64,000 bases of DNA from a virus. Position 1 is the first letter of the stretch. Each line of letters opens with the position of its first letter. The DNA is taken from positions 32,001-96,000 of IMG/VR virus record IMGVR_UViG_3300009314_000003. The stretch is one strand, 5' to 3'. Under the pieces are notes generated by a model. The model did not search any database, was not told where the DNA came from, and saw only the letters and a list, made by a program, of their open reading frames with translations. Positions 1-8,188 of this stretch are shown here, in pieces. The translations under genes and the position numbers were made by a program.

Positions 1-2
1 TC

Positions 3-332
3 CAGGAACATAGGGCTCAGAAGTATCTTGCCCTTGATAATGACATGATCCCCAGGTCGATAGGTATTGACCAGGCTACTGGAATTCCAATCTGGCAGGA
101 TGACATGTCCCCCGCCCTATCTAACAAGGAGAGGGCCCAACGGAAGAAGGAAAAGCTCCGGAAGGAGTTTGTAGCTACCCGGGAGATGCGACTTAAGTTC
201 AAGGTAGCTACCCCGGAGGATGAAAGTCAGAAGGCAGCAGCTATGAGAAAGCAAATGGAAGAAGCTATTCAAAGGCAGGCACAAGAGGCCAAGTTTGAAG
301 ATATAGAGGAAGAAAGAGAAAATGCCACTTAA
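3..332 (+). CDS. 5'-truncated hypothetical protein, helical and charged (possibly terminase small subunit-like)
   Basis: The frame of ORF 45..332 is open back to the window edge. It lies upstream of the packaging module. Function is a guess from position only. Confidence 0.5.
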   Translation, partial: QEHRAQKYLALDNDMIPRSIGIDQATGIPIWQDDMSPALSNKERAQRKKEKLRKEFVATREMRLKFKVATPEDESQKAAAMRKQMEEAIQRQAQEAKFEDIEEERENAT

Positions 333-945
333 TCTATTTAAGAAAGCAGCTGTGAGCAGGGGCCTACTTAAGAAAGCAGCTAGTAGCAGGACAGGCTTAT
401 ACGCGAGGACGCGGGAAGAATTCACAAGGAGGCTTTATCAAGAAGGATCGCTTAAGGTCGGGGATGTGATAGAGGCATCCATAAGGGGCGAGACTGGCGG
501 CGGGGCGATCAAGAGCTCCATAGCCGTGACCGAGTCCATCTCGACTAGACTGACAAGAGGCTCCTCGTTGCATGCCCAGCGTGCTTCTCCCCAGGCATTT
601 ACCGCAGAACTGAGCGGTATCTTAGGTGATACGTTAGGCGGTACAAAGAATTTCATGCGAGAGCTGATGGCATCAACATCTAAGTACAACTACTCCGGGG
701 CAGGCACATTTGTGGGTGCTGCAATAGGTATGAGTGGGGCTTATGACAGGGATGATACATCAATGCCGCGTATGTTAGCCTATGGCATGGCGGGTGGACT
801 GCTGGGAAGATATGTAGGCGGGTTCGCCGTTAAGAAGGGAAAGTTTATTAACTGGTTAAACAAGACCGGCGGGAGATTTAATATAAGTACACAGGTTCTA
901 CAAGGTGGTAAACACCCGTCCGTTGTTGGAAAGGTATTTAGGTAA
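322..945 (+). CDS. Gly/Ala-rich basic protein with glycine-zipper-like hydrophobic segments
   Basis: 207-aa ORF; segments GAGTFVGAAIG and YGMAGGLLGRYVGG; tightly packed with its neighbours. Confidence 0.7.
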   Translation: MPLNLFKKAAVSRGLLKKAASSRTGLYARTREEFTRRLYQEGSLKVGDVIEASIRGETGGGAIKSSIAVTESISTRLTRGSSLHAQRASPQAFTAELSGILGDTLGGTKNFMRELMASTSKYNYSGAGTFVGAAIGMSGAYDRDDTSMPRMLAYGMAGGLLGRYVGGFAVKKGKFINWLNKTGGRFNISTQVLQGGKHPSVVGKVFR

Positions 946-951
946 AGCGGG

Positions 952-1668
952 ATGTCTTTAAAAGCTATGATACAGGGAGTTAAGGCTTCGAAGGTAGTTG
1001 AGAATGCCGGCCGGTTCCTGTCAGGCCCAAATGCCTCAAATGCATCCGCTGCTGTAATGCTTGGCCTCGGAGGTGTGGGTATTGCTGCAGGCATAGGTTA
1101 TATGACGGACACCTCATACTATGGCCGTTACGGTATGGACCTGGGCAGTGGTATGGAAAATACCCTAGCCAACCGGCCGTGGTTTGGTATTTGGGGTAAG
1201 AGTCCGGCAGAGGCCTCAGGCTTCGGTATATACATGAAACCCATATCCCCCTGGGATGCAATAAAGCAATCTGCTTCTTACATGACATCTAGTAAGGATG
1301 CCGCGTTACTGAGAAAAGGCACTAGGGCAGGGGCTGTTACCGGCGGTGTAATAGGTGCCGCGGCGGGACTGTTCTTTGGCAAAGGGACGAGGGGCTGGTC
1401 AGCTGTTATTGGCGGTCTTATAGGCGCCGCCGCAGGTGGCTACCAGGGGAGCAAGTTGGTCCTTGGTATGTCTAAGGCTGTTAATGATGTTGTCCGTACC
1501 TATCACGGCCTTAATAACACTATGACAGACAGAACAAAAGTTGGCGGCGGTCAAGGATATCGTACCTGGATGAAACGGCCAGGTGGTAGGATGTACCCTG
1601 GACACCTAGGGGCCAGCGGCAATTTAGCACTAGCCTCCCACAGAGTAAGAAACCGGAGTATGTTGTAA
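952..1668 (+). CDS. Gly-rich glycine-zipper protein (putative virion or membrane protein)
   Basis: 238-aa ORF; GAVTGGVIGAAAGLFFG and AVIGGLIGAAAGGYQG. Confidence 0.7.
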   Translation: MSLKAMIQGVKASKVVENAGRFLSGPNASNASAAVMLGLGGVGIAAGIGYMTDTSYYGRYGMDLGSGMENTLANRPWFGIWGKSPAEASGFGIYMKPISPWDAIKQSASYMTSSKDAALLRKGTRAGAVTGGVIGAAAGLFFGKGTRGWSAVIGGLIGAAAGGYQGSKLVLGMSKAVNDVVRTYHGLNNTMTDRTKVGGGQGYRTWMKRPGGRMYPGHLGASGNLALASHRVRNRSML

Positions 1669-1669
1669 T

Positions 1670-1774
1670 ATGCCACTATTCAGAAGAGATATCCCTAGGC
1701 GAGCACCTTCCAGGCCTATAAAGAAGGTGGGCAAGGCTAAGAAGCCAAATGTGAAAAGAGGCAAGAAGTCATGA
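1670..1774 (+). CDS. Small highly basic peptide (34 aa)
   Basis: MPLFRRDIPRRAPSRPIKKVGKAKKPNVKRGKKS*. GGAG lies upstream, the ATG is 1 nt after the previous stop, and its stop overlaps the next start (ATGA). Confidence 0.5.
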   Translation: MPLFRRDIPRRAPSRPIKKVGKAKKPNVKRGKKS

Positions 1775-1911
1775 AAAAGGTAAGGTGTGCAGAGCGTGGC
1801 GAAGTTGTCATTATCCTTGAAAAAGGTAGTCAGATAAAGCCTGATCTATACATTGTACATGAGTGTTGTCCAAATCTGAGTAGCCAGGATGGTGTAGAGT
1901 CTCCCCCCTAA
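1771..1911 (+). CDS. Small hypothetical protein (46 aa), ending at CCC-CCC-TAA
   Basis: MKKVRCAERGEVVIILEKGSQIKPDLYIVHECCPNLSSQDGVESPP*; ATGA coupling to the upstream peptide. Confidence 0.45.
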   Translation: MKKVRCAERGEVVIILEKGSQIKPDLYIVHECCPNLSSQDGVESPP

Positions 1912-1955
1912 TGAAGTAGAGGCTAAAGACATAATAGATTTTCTAGGTAAATTTA

Positions 1956-3092
1956 ATGCCCTCAATTAAACAGGCAACCAACGCCAGTTGGACCAACCCG
2001 GCACTGATAGGTGCTGCGGCGGCCGGTGCGGGTGGTATTGCTACTGATGTTGCCGCTGGTTTTAACCCCCTCTCAGTTCTCTTTGTAAATCCGCTTGAGT
2101 CCCTCCGGATGGGTATGTTAGTTAACCCATTCCAAGGGCTAGGCCCGAGCGGGGCAGGGTTAAGTCAGTTCAAGTTTGGCGGGATGTGGGGCTATAAGAC
2201 CCTTCTCACAGGAGTAACTGGGCCCAGTCGCTACCTCAGCGCCGGTAATATAATTCTTTCAGCAGTTGAGGGTGTGGCACGTACTCCCCTGGCAGGTTCC
2301 CTATTAGGTGATAATGCTAGAGTAGCTCTACAGCATGCACGTTCCTTGGGCCTGGCAGGTATAGTTGACCCGGGGCGGTCTGTAGTCTCTCTCGGAAGCG
2401 TCGCGGACTTAATTGATGATGCATTAGAGACAGACCTGGGTTATAGGAAGAATATATTTAAGGGGGAAGTTAGATGGGTAAAGAAGGATGCTAAAAGGGG
2501 CAGTAGGAAGTGGGGCGCTAAAACAGCGGCCAAGATTACAAGACACATGGATAAAGACAAATTGGTTAGGGGACCGGCTAGGCGTAAGTTAGTTTCAATG
2601 ATTGGCGACCGTGAGGCTCCTAAGGGCGTTGTGAGAAAGATACTCCGGGCCGCGGGAGAGGGATTTGACGCGGATGATGTACTTAAAGGGGCACGAATTG
2701 TTGAGGAGGGTGGTACATACAGGGCCATTGTTAGTGCATCCAGTAAAAAGGCAAGTACCTTAGCTATAAAATTGGGCAAAGGTTTTGCAGGTAAGGCTGC
2801 CGGACTTGCTCTAAGAGGATTCGCCGCATGGAGTTGGGCCAGCCTGGCCTGGTTAGCCCTTAAGCCATTGGGCTCCGCCATGATAAGAGAGGCCGGAGGC
2901 GTTGCAGCCTCAGCCCTTACCCTGCTGGATGAGTTCCGCTCCTTGGAGATCAGTACAGGCAGACTTCCAGGGGCCTTCATGACCCCCGGAGCTGCCACAG
3001 AGAGACAACGTGCGGTTCAGGCCATCTATCAGGCGAAGGTACAGCCCAGTAATCGCTTCCTAGGAAATGAAGCACAGTTCTATCATAGATAG
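1956..3092 (+). CDS. Gly/Ala-rich basic protein with hydrophobic segments (putative internal virion or membrane protein)
   Basis: 378-aa ORF; hydrophobic stretch ALRGFAAWSWASLAWLAL. Confidence 0.7.
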   Translation: MPSIKQATNASWTNPALIGAAAAGAGGIATDVAAGFNPLSVLFVNPLESLRMGMLVNPFQGLGPSGAGLSQFKFGGMWGYKTLLTGVTGPSRYLSAGNIILSAVEGVARTPLAGSLLGDNARVALQHARSLGLAGIVDPGRSVVSLGSVADLIDDALETDLGYRKNIFKGEVRWVKKDAKRGSRKWGAKTAAKITRHMDKDKLVRGPARRKLVSMIGDREAPKGVVRKILRAAGEGFDADDVLKGARIVEEGGTYRAIVSASSKKASTLAIKLGKGFAGKAAGLALRGFAAWSWASLAWLALKPLGSAMIREAGGVAASALTLLDEFRSLEISTGRLPGAFMTPGAATERQRAVQAIYQAKVQPSNRFLGNEAQFYHR

Positions 3093-3100
3093 GAGGACAT

Positions 3101-3280
3101 ATGGTAATTGTTGAGGTTAAGGGACAGGAAGAAAGAGACATAATTAAAGCCCTCCGTAGATTCAGGAGGAAAGTAGATAAAGCTAATATCATTAGAGATG
3201 TTCTTGATCACCGCTATTATTTGAAGCCATCAGCTAGGAGGCACAGGGATCGTAACAGCACCAAAAGACGAAAAAGGTAG
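3101..3280 (+). CDS. rpsU: 30S ribosomal protein bS21 homolog (phage-encoded)
   Basis: 59 aa: MVIVEVKGQEERDIIKALRRFRRKVDKANIIRDVLDHRYYLKPSARRHRDRNSTKRRKR. Contains the bS21 signatures ALRRF+RK and YxKPS and a basic tail. AGGAGG at 3091-3096. Confidence 0.9.
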   Translation: MVIVEVKGQEERDIIKALRRFRRKVDKANIIRDVLDHRYYLKPSARRHRDRNSTKRRKR

Positions 3281-3293
3281 GGAAGGTGAAAGG

Positions 3294-4175
3294 CTGTTAA
3301 TCTCGGCCGCGCAGGAGATTGTACTCGCCGACGGTTCTTTTCACAAGGCCGGCGACTTAATTGGTTGTGGTCCTGTTGAGGGTTTGGGTTGGTTGGTTTC
3401 TTCTCCGCGAAAGCAAATGATAGAGATTTATCCTGTGGAAGAGGGTTCATCCGCTCGACTTTGTGGTCTTGTGAGCTCAAATGGCCGCAGTATCTTATGT
3501 GGGGAGGAGACAGAACTCTTAGGGGCCAAGGGGTGGATATCCTTCGCCGAGCATGTTAGGCAATATAAAAGATGTCGATGGTTAAAAATATATCCCTATC
3601 TCATTAACAGAATTAATAACTATGGGAGGGATGAGCGTGGTCAGGAGTGGGTGGATGCCTTTGTTGCCTCTCTGGTTGAGCTGTCACGTCGTAGTCCGCA
3701 TATGGGCGAGCGTGGTACTATCACAATTCCTTCCTACCTTGGTAAATTAAATGAAGCATCCCTTAATCGTTTTCTGGGGGCCTTATTTAACGCATTCTCC
3801 AAAAGTAAGAGAACTGCCTTTATAAGAAGGATTGATTATGAGAGTCAGCAGCGATTATTTAGCTTATTTACGAGGACTGGCTCCTACAAAACAACCAGCC
3901 GGGGTAAAAGCAGGATTTATGAGGTTGGTATACCTGGCGCTAATTTACATAAGAGGCCTGATGAAAACACCAACAACAGAGGAGGTTGGTGGCCATCACC
4001 AAATTTATTAATCCGTACAAGTAATATTGATGATTCTGTAGTTACTTGTTGTATAAACCGCTATAGGATAGTTGATCGTGATATATATGAGACCCTTGTT
4101 GAGGTCCGCACCCAAATTGGTAATTTCATTGATAAGAGCTTCATATGTCGGACCGAAAAGATCAATCCAGCCTAG
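3294..4175 (+). CDS. Free-standing degenerate intein-like protein (Hint-like ends, eroded LAGLIDADG-like core); start uncertain
   Basis: The frame is open upstream of the track's 3384 start. Block A-like ISAAQEIVLADGSF, block B-like SSNGRSILCGEETELLGAKGW, block E-like IPSYLGKLNEASLNRFLGALF, block F/G-like LVEVRTQIGNFIDKSFICRT. Catalytic residues are absent. Confidence 0.55.
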   Translation: MLISAAQEIVLADGSFHKAGDLIGCGPVEGLGWLVSSPRKQMIEIYPVEEGSSARLCGLVSSNGRSILCGEETELLGAKGWISFAEHVRQYKRCRWLKIYPYLINRINNYGRDERGQEWVDAFVASLVELSRRSPHMGERGTITIPSYLGKLNEASLNRFLGALFNAFSKSKRTAFIRRIDYESQQRLFSLFTRTGSYKTTSRGKSRIYEVGIPGANLHKRPDENTNNRGGWWPSPNLLIRTSNIDDSVVTCCINRYRIVDRDIYETLVEVRTQIGNFIDKSFICRTEKINPA

Positions 4176-6427
4176 GTAGTTTCTCTCCAGACGAATTCCT
4201 GGAGGCCCAGACCATTATAGACCCTACGCTCTTTGCTGAATCTTACCTCCGTAATCCAGCCGATCCAACTGAGCCTCTCGTCTTACGGCCTTATCAGAGG
4301 ACTATTCTTAGGGACCAACACCAGCATCGTCTTCTGCGACTAGGAAGGCGCGTTGGAAAATCCGTAACCTTAGCTATTGAGGCGATTTGGAAAGCCTTCA
4401 CTCATAATTATCGTCAGGTTTTGGTTGTAGCCGCCTACGAGAACCAGCTGGATATCATATTTAACCTAATGGGTAATATGATATATGACGCCCCAAAGAT
4501 AAAGGACTCCATTAAGAATGTTCGGAAGAAACCACACGAGATTTGGTTTGAGAATGGTTCCAGTATTATCGGTAATGTTGGTAATTCCTCAGTTCGCGGT
4601 AAATGTCTCCCCGCAGGAACAAAGGTATGGATGGCAGGCGGATCTTGGAAATCAGTTGAGGAAATTAAAGCTGGTGAACGGGTTCGTTCCTATGACCTGG
4701 ATGATCTTTGTATGGTGACTAGAAAGGTGACGGCTATACACGATAATGGTAAGAAGCTTATCTATCAACTAAATACCACCTCCAGTCGGATTCTAAAGGC
4801 TACTGCTGAGCACAAGATCTTTATCTTTGGAAAGGGTTTTATAGAATTAGAGGATATCAAGACTTGGAAAACTGACCAGAATATGTCTCACTTTGTGGGG
4901 GTGGTAGATATAAATGGTGGACTTAATTGGAGCCGAGCATATAATGTTGAGGAGATGGGGGAGGAGAGGACTTATGACCTTACTGTGGAAGAGGAACACA
5001 ACTTCATTGTTATGACACCACCCCCAGAAGAGTTAGGGGGTTTTCGCATATCTGGAGTAGCTAATGGAGGTTTCCTTGTACATAACTCTGCGCACGACCT
5101 TATTATTGATGAGGGTGACTATATACCGGAGAATATAATCATTGAGGATATCTGGCCCATATCTACCTCCCACAAGGATACGCAGGTAATATTTTCTTCT
5201 ACACCCTCCGGCCGTCGGGGTTTCTTCTTTAACCTGAGTCGCAACAAGGACGATCCCAGGTTTGACTTCCACGAACATCACATCCCCAGCTCATCTAGCC
5301 CGGAATGGACTACGGAACAGGAAGCACTAGCCCGTTCCATCGCGGATGAGAGTCAATACAATAGGGAGTATTGTGCCCTCTTTAGTGATGCGACTGAAGG
5401 CGTCTTCCGGAACAAGTTTATTGAGCCGGCTCTATTTGTTTATGACTATCCTGACCTACAATTTAATCCGGAGAACTATTATACCATGGGGGTTGACTGG
5501 AATGAGGCCGCCACTGGGGTACATGTAGTTATCCTGGAGCATGTTAATAAGCCGGTGGAAATGGTCCCGTACAGGTCTGGCCTTATCGGAGAACCTAAGA
5601 AAGTGGGAAAGGTTCTTCGCCTCTTCAAGGCAGATAGGGTTGATGCCCTGGAATATACCAACGTAGTGGCAGTTGATTTTATCCTATCTCTTCTACATAA
5701 GTACAGGATTGACTATGCCTGTTTTGATCATGGCCACGGGCATACCAATTGGGAGCTCTTACGATTATCCATACAGAGGGGTATCTCTCCTACCGGTATG
5801 AGGTGTACCGGCCTTACCAGGATGCTGGATAGGATGGAGGTAGTTGATTTTGGCGGCTCTAGTGAGGTTATTGATCCAACTACCAATAGTACCAGTAAGG
5901 TGCGGACTAAGAATTTCCTTGTTCGTAATGGAGTTCGAGTTTTGGAGGGTGGTAGAATTATTATTCCTGCTGTTGATGTCTTGGGCAACCCAATAGAACT
6001 TAACGAGAAACGACTTGTGGGCCAGATGCGTGCTTATACTGTGGAACGTGTAGGGGCCCGGGGGGAGGTTTATTCCAAAGGAAACGATCATGTCTTAGAT
6101 AGTTGGATGTTAGCTGTTCATGCTTACCTCACTAATCATGATGATTTCATGGCCTGGGATTATGCTATGGAAAGTGCAGGGGTAGAAGATTCTACTCTCA
6201 TTCCCCATGCAATAGCCAGACGTAATGTACTTAGTCCTGTAAGTAGTAAGAAGACATCTTTGGACCCAGAGGTATTTCAAGCAGGCGAGTATACAGTCAA
6301 TCATTATGGGCATTGGCCTAAGAAAGGTGAACCGCCGGAGCGGGAAGATAAGGGGGATCCGCTTCTCCCCAAACGTCGTGGGTCCCGGGGAGATAGACAC
6401 CACACTCCAAGGAGAACAGATATATAA
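4145..6427 (+). CDS. terL: Terminase large subunit (with mini-intein)
   Basis: LRPYQ; Walker A GRRVGKS; Walker B LIIDE; motif C SSTP; RNase H-like nuclease motifs MGVDWN and NDHVLDS. Confidence 0.95.
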   Translation: MSDRKDQSSLGSFSPDEFLEAQTIIDPTLFAESYLRNPADPTEPLVLRPYQRTILRDQHQHRLLRLGRRVGKSVTLAIEAIWKAFTHNYRQVLVVAAYENQLDIIFNLMGNMIYDAPKIKDSIKNVRKKPHEIWFENGSSIIGNVGNSSVRGKCLPAGTKVWMAGGSWKSVEEIKAGERVRSYDLDDLCMVTRKVTAIHDNGKKLIYQLNTTSSRILKATAEHKIFIFGKGFIELEDIKTWKTDQNMSHFVGVVDINGGLNWSRAYNVEEMGEERTYDLTVEEEHNFIVMTPPPEELGGFRISGVANGGFLVHNSAHDLIIDEGDYIPENIIIEDIWPISTSHKDTQVIFSSTPSGRRGFFFNLSRNKDDPRFDFHEHHIPSSSSPEWTTEQEALARSIADESQYNREYCALFSDATEGVFRNKFIEPALFVYDYPDLQFNPENYYTMGVDWNEAATGVHVVILEHVNKPVEMVPYRSGLIGEPKKVGKVLRLFKADRVDALEYTNVVAVDFILSLLHKYRIDYACFDHGHGHTNWELLRLSIQRGISPTGMRCTGLTRMLDRMEVVDFGGSSEVIDPTTNSTSKVRTKNFLVRNGVRVLEGGRIIIPAVDVLGNPIELNEKRLVGQMRAYTVERVGARGEVYSKGNDHVLDSWMLAVHAYLTNHDDFMAWDYAMESAGVEDSTLIPHAIARRNVLSPVSSKKTSLDPEVFQAGEYTVNHYGHWPKKGEPPEREDKGDPLLPKRRGSRGDRHHTPRRTDI
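4604..5086 (+). mobile_element. Mini-intein (161 aa) in the terminase ATPase domain
   Basis: VRGK|CLPAGTKV...ATAEH...TYDLTVEEEHNF...FLVHN|SAHDLIIDE; no endonuclease domain. Confidence 0.93.
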
Positions 6428-8187
6428 TGCCGGATGATTTTGACAAGGCGGCCAAGGCGGCCGAGGATCTGGGGAATCTTGCTGTGAGTGAGTTTTCAGG
6501 GTCTCTGGAGAACCAGCTTAGTGGTTTACAGGAGGAGATGACAGGGCGTACGCATGGGCCCAGTAGTGGGGAACCGAATCCAGTCGCGAGTAGGATTAAT
6601 ACCTGGCTGACAACCCGTCTTGATGATCTTGCGTCATACAGTGACACATTACGTGAGGATTGGGGCTTTTCTAAAGAGACTGGTGTTGCTAAGCTCTCCA
6701 AACCTATCAATCTTGGGAACACCAAGATAAGTGTAAAGGACTTCTCTGCCACTGCCATGGAGGAAGAGTGGAAGGCTAATGAGGGTCATAATAGGGTGGG
6801 TTTCGTGGAGGGAGAGACTCGTATTTCTGATAGGTTACCTGAGTTTGTTAAGTCGAAGTTTGTGAGTGGAGGCGCAATTATTGAATTAACCCTTGAGGGG
6901 GGAGGGGTTCAGAGTAGCTGGCTTAAAGAATTCTATGAGAATAAGGGTGTTGATATACCTTCCCCCTTAAGTGTGCCAAGAGGCACACCAATAGCGAATT
7001 TTCATAAGGGTTTTGGAGGAAACTTAACAAATATAGAGGATGCTGGCTATGGCGTCATCGGACGTGTCTTTGAGGAAACCGTAGACCTTCTTGAAGGCGC
7101 TGTAAGATCGCTGGAGCATATGGATACTGAGCCAGTTATGTTTGTCTGCTGTCTTATACGCCAACTTGCTGCTTGGGATAAAATTGAACGAACAGAGTTG
7201 GAGAAGGCTCTGGAGGCCGGAGTATTGGATGAAGATGTTAGGAAGGCCATGCGTGAGGTAAGGACAGTATTATGCAGCGTTCGGTTAATTCTTACTCTTG
7301 CGATCTCGGAGAAAAAGGACTTTAGCATTAAGATGTTAACGATGAACATCTTCAAGATTATGGTGGACAGTCTGATTATGGCCACATTTGGGACACTTCA
7401 GGTGTTATGTGGAATACTTAAGAGATCTATATACGCCTGGGCTATGAAGATGTTGAAAAAGTATAAGATACAATCGTGTATGCCATTTCTCTCTTTGATC
7501 CAGCTCGCACTTTCTAAACTTTTTGGTCGAGAAGGTATTCTTGCGCAGCTCATCAGTTATCGACGTCAAACAGAGGCCCGTATGTCTAAGTTGTTAGGGG
7601 GAGAAATACAGGAGGATATCAAGGAAACAATGGTCATTGAGTATTTAACCATTCTTATTCAATTGATGGATGCCTTAATAGATGCAGGATATAGGGCTGA
7701 GTTATGCGTGGAAGATATCCTAGATGACATGTATGACACAACTAAGGAAGAGATCCCTGCTGATGATAATATAAGTGCAGGAGACGATACAGGTGGTTTA
7801 GATAGAGGTGGTTTAGATAGAGGTGGTTTAGATAGAGGTGGTGGAGATGCAGGAACTTATATAGATAACCCAATGCGTGATGGTTTTGAGGATCTAGATG
7901 AACTTGATTCTGCGTTACGCAATATTATGTCCCCGTCAACAACCTCTACGGCTCTTGGAGTGCCTTCAACGGGGGAAACGGCACCAACCCTTAATGATTT
8001 GCTTATATCGGGGCCAACTGATGCGGAATTGGAAAGGTTTATGATTGCGCGGCTGGGGGTAGATCCGGCTACAGCACGGGATGCCGTCTACAGATCTCGC
8101 GTATCTGGTGATTGTGCAAAGGGCCTAACATCCGCCGAGTTGCGGGAAGTATATGAAGCTTTAGAAGATATGAAGGTTTACAAATAA
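6427..8187 (+). CDS. Hypothetical helical, acidic protein between terminase and portal
   Basis: 586-aa ORF with TAATG coupling to terL; no recognised motif. Confidence 0.75.
   Translation: MPDDFDKAAKAAEDLGNLAVSEFSGSLENQLSGLQEEMTGRTHGPSSGEPNPVASRINTWLTTRLDDLASYSDTLREDWGFSKETGVAKLSKPINLGNTKISVKDFSATAMEEEWKANEGHNRVGFVEGETRISDRLPEFVKSKFVSGGAIIELTLEGGGVQSSWLKEFYENKGVDIPSPLSVPRGTPIANFHKGFGGNLTNIEDAGYGVIGRVFEETVDLLEGAVRSLEHMDTEPVMFVCCLIRQLAAWDKIERTELEKALEAGVLDEDVRKAMREVRTVLCSVRLILTLAISEKKDFSIKMLTMNIFKIMVDSLIMATFGTLQVLCGILKRSIYAWAMKMLKKYKIQSCMPFLSLIQLALSKLFGREGILAQLISYRRQTEARMSKLLGGEIQEDIKETMVIEYLTILIQLMDALIDAGYRAELCVEDILDDMYDTTKEEIPADDNISAGDDTGGLDRGGLDRGGLDRGGGDAGTYIDNPMRDGFEDLDELDSALRNIMSPSTTSTALGVPSTGETAPTLNDLLISGPTDAELERFMIARLGVDPATARDAVYRSRVSGDCAKGLTSAELREVYEALEDMKVYK
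7791..7842 (+). repeat. In-frame 15-bp tandem repeat AGGTGGTTTAGATAG x3.5 (GGLDR)
   Basis: Exact copies at 7791, 7806 and 7821, plus a partial copy at 7836. Confidence 0.95.
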
Positions 8188-8188
8188 T

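Noticed and set aside
7791-7842. Tandem repeat as a CRISPR or regulatory array
   Set aside because: It has no spacers and is an in-frame 15-bp repeat in an acidic linker.
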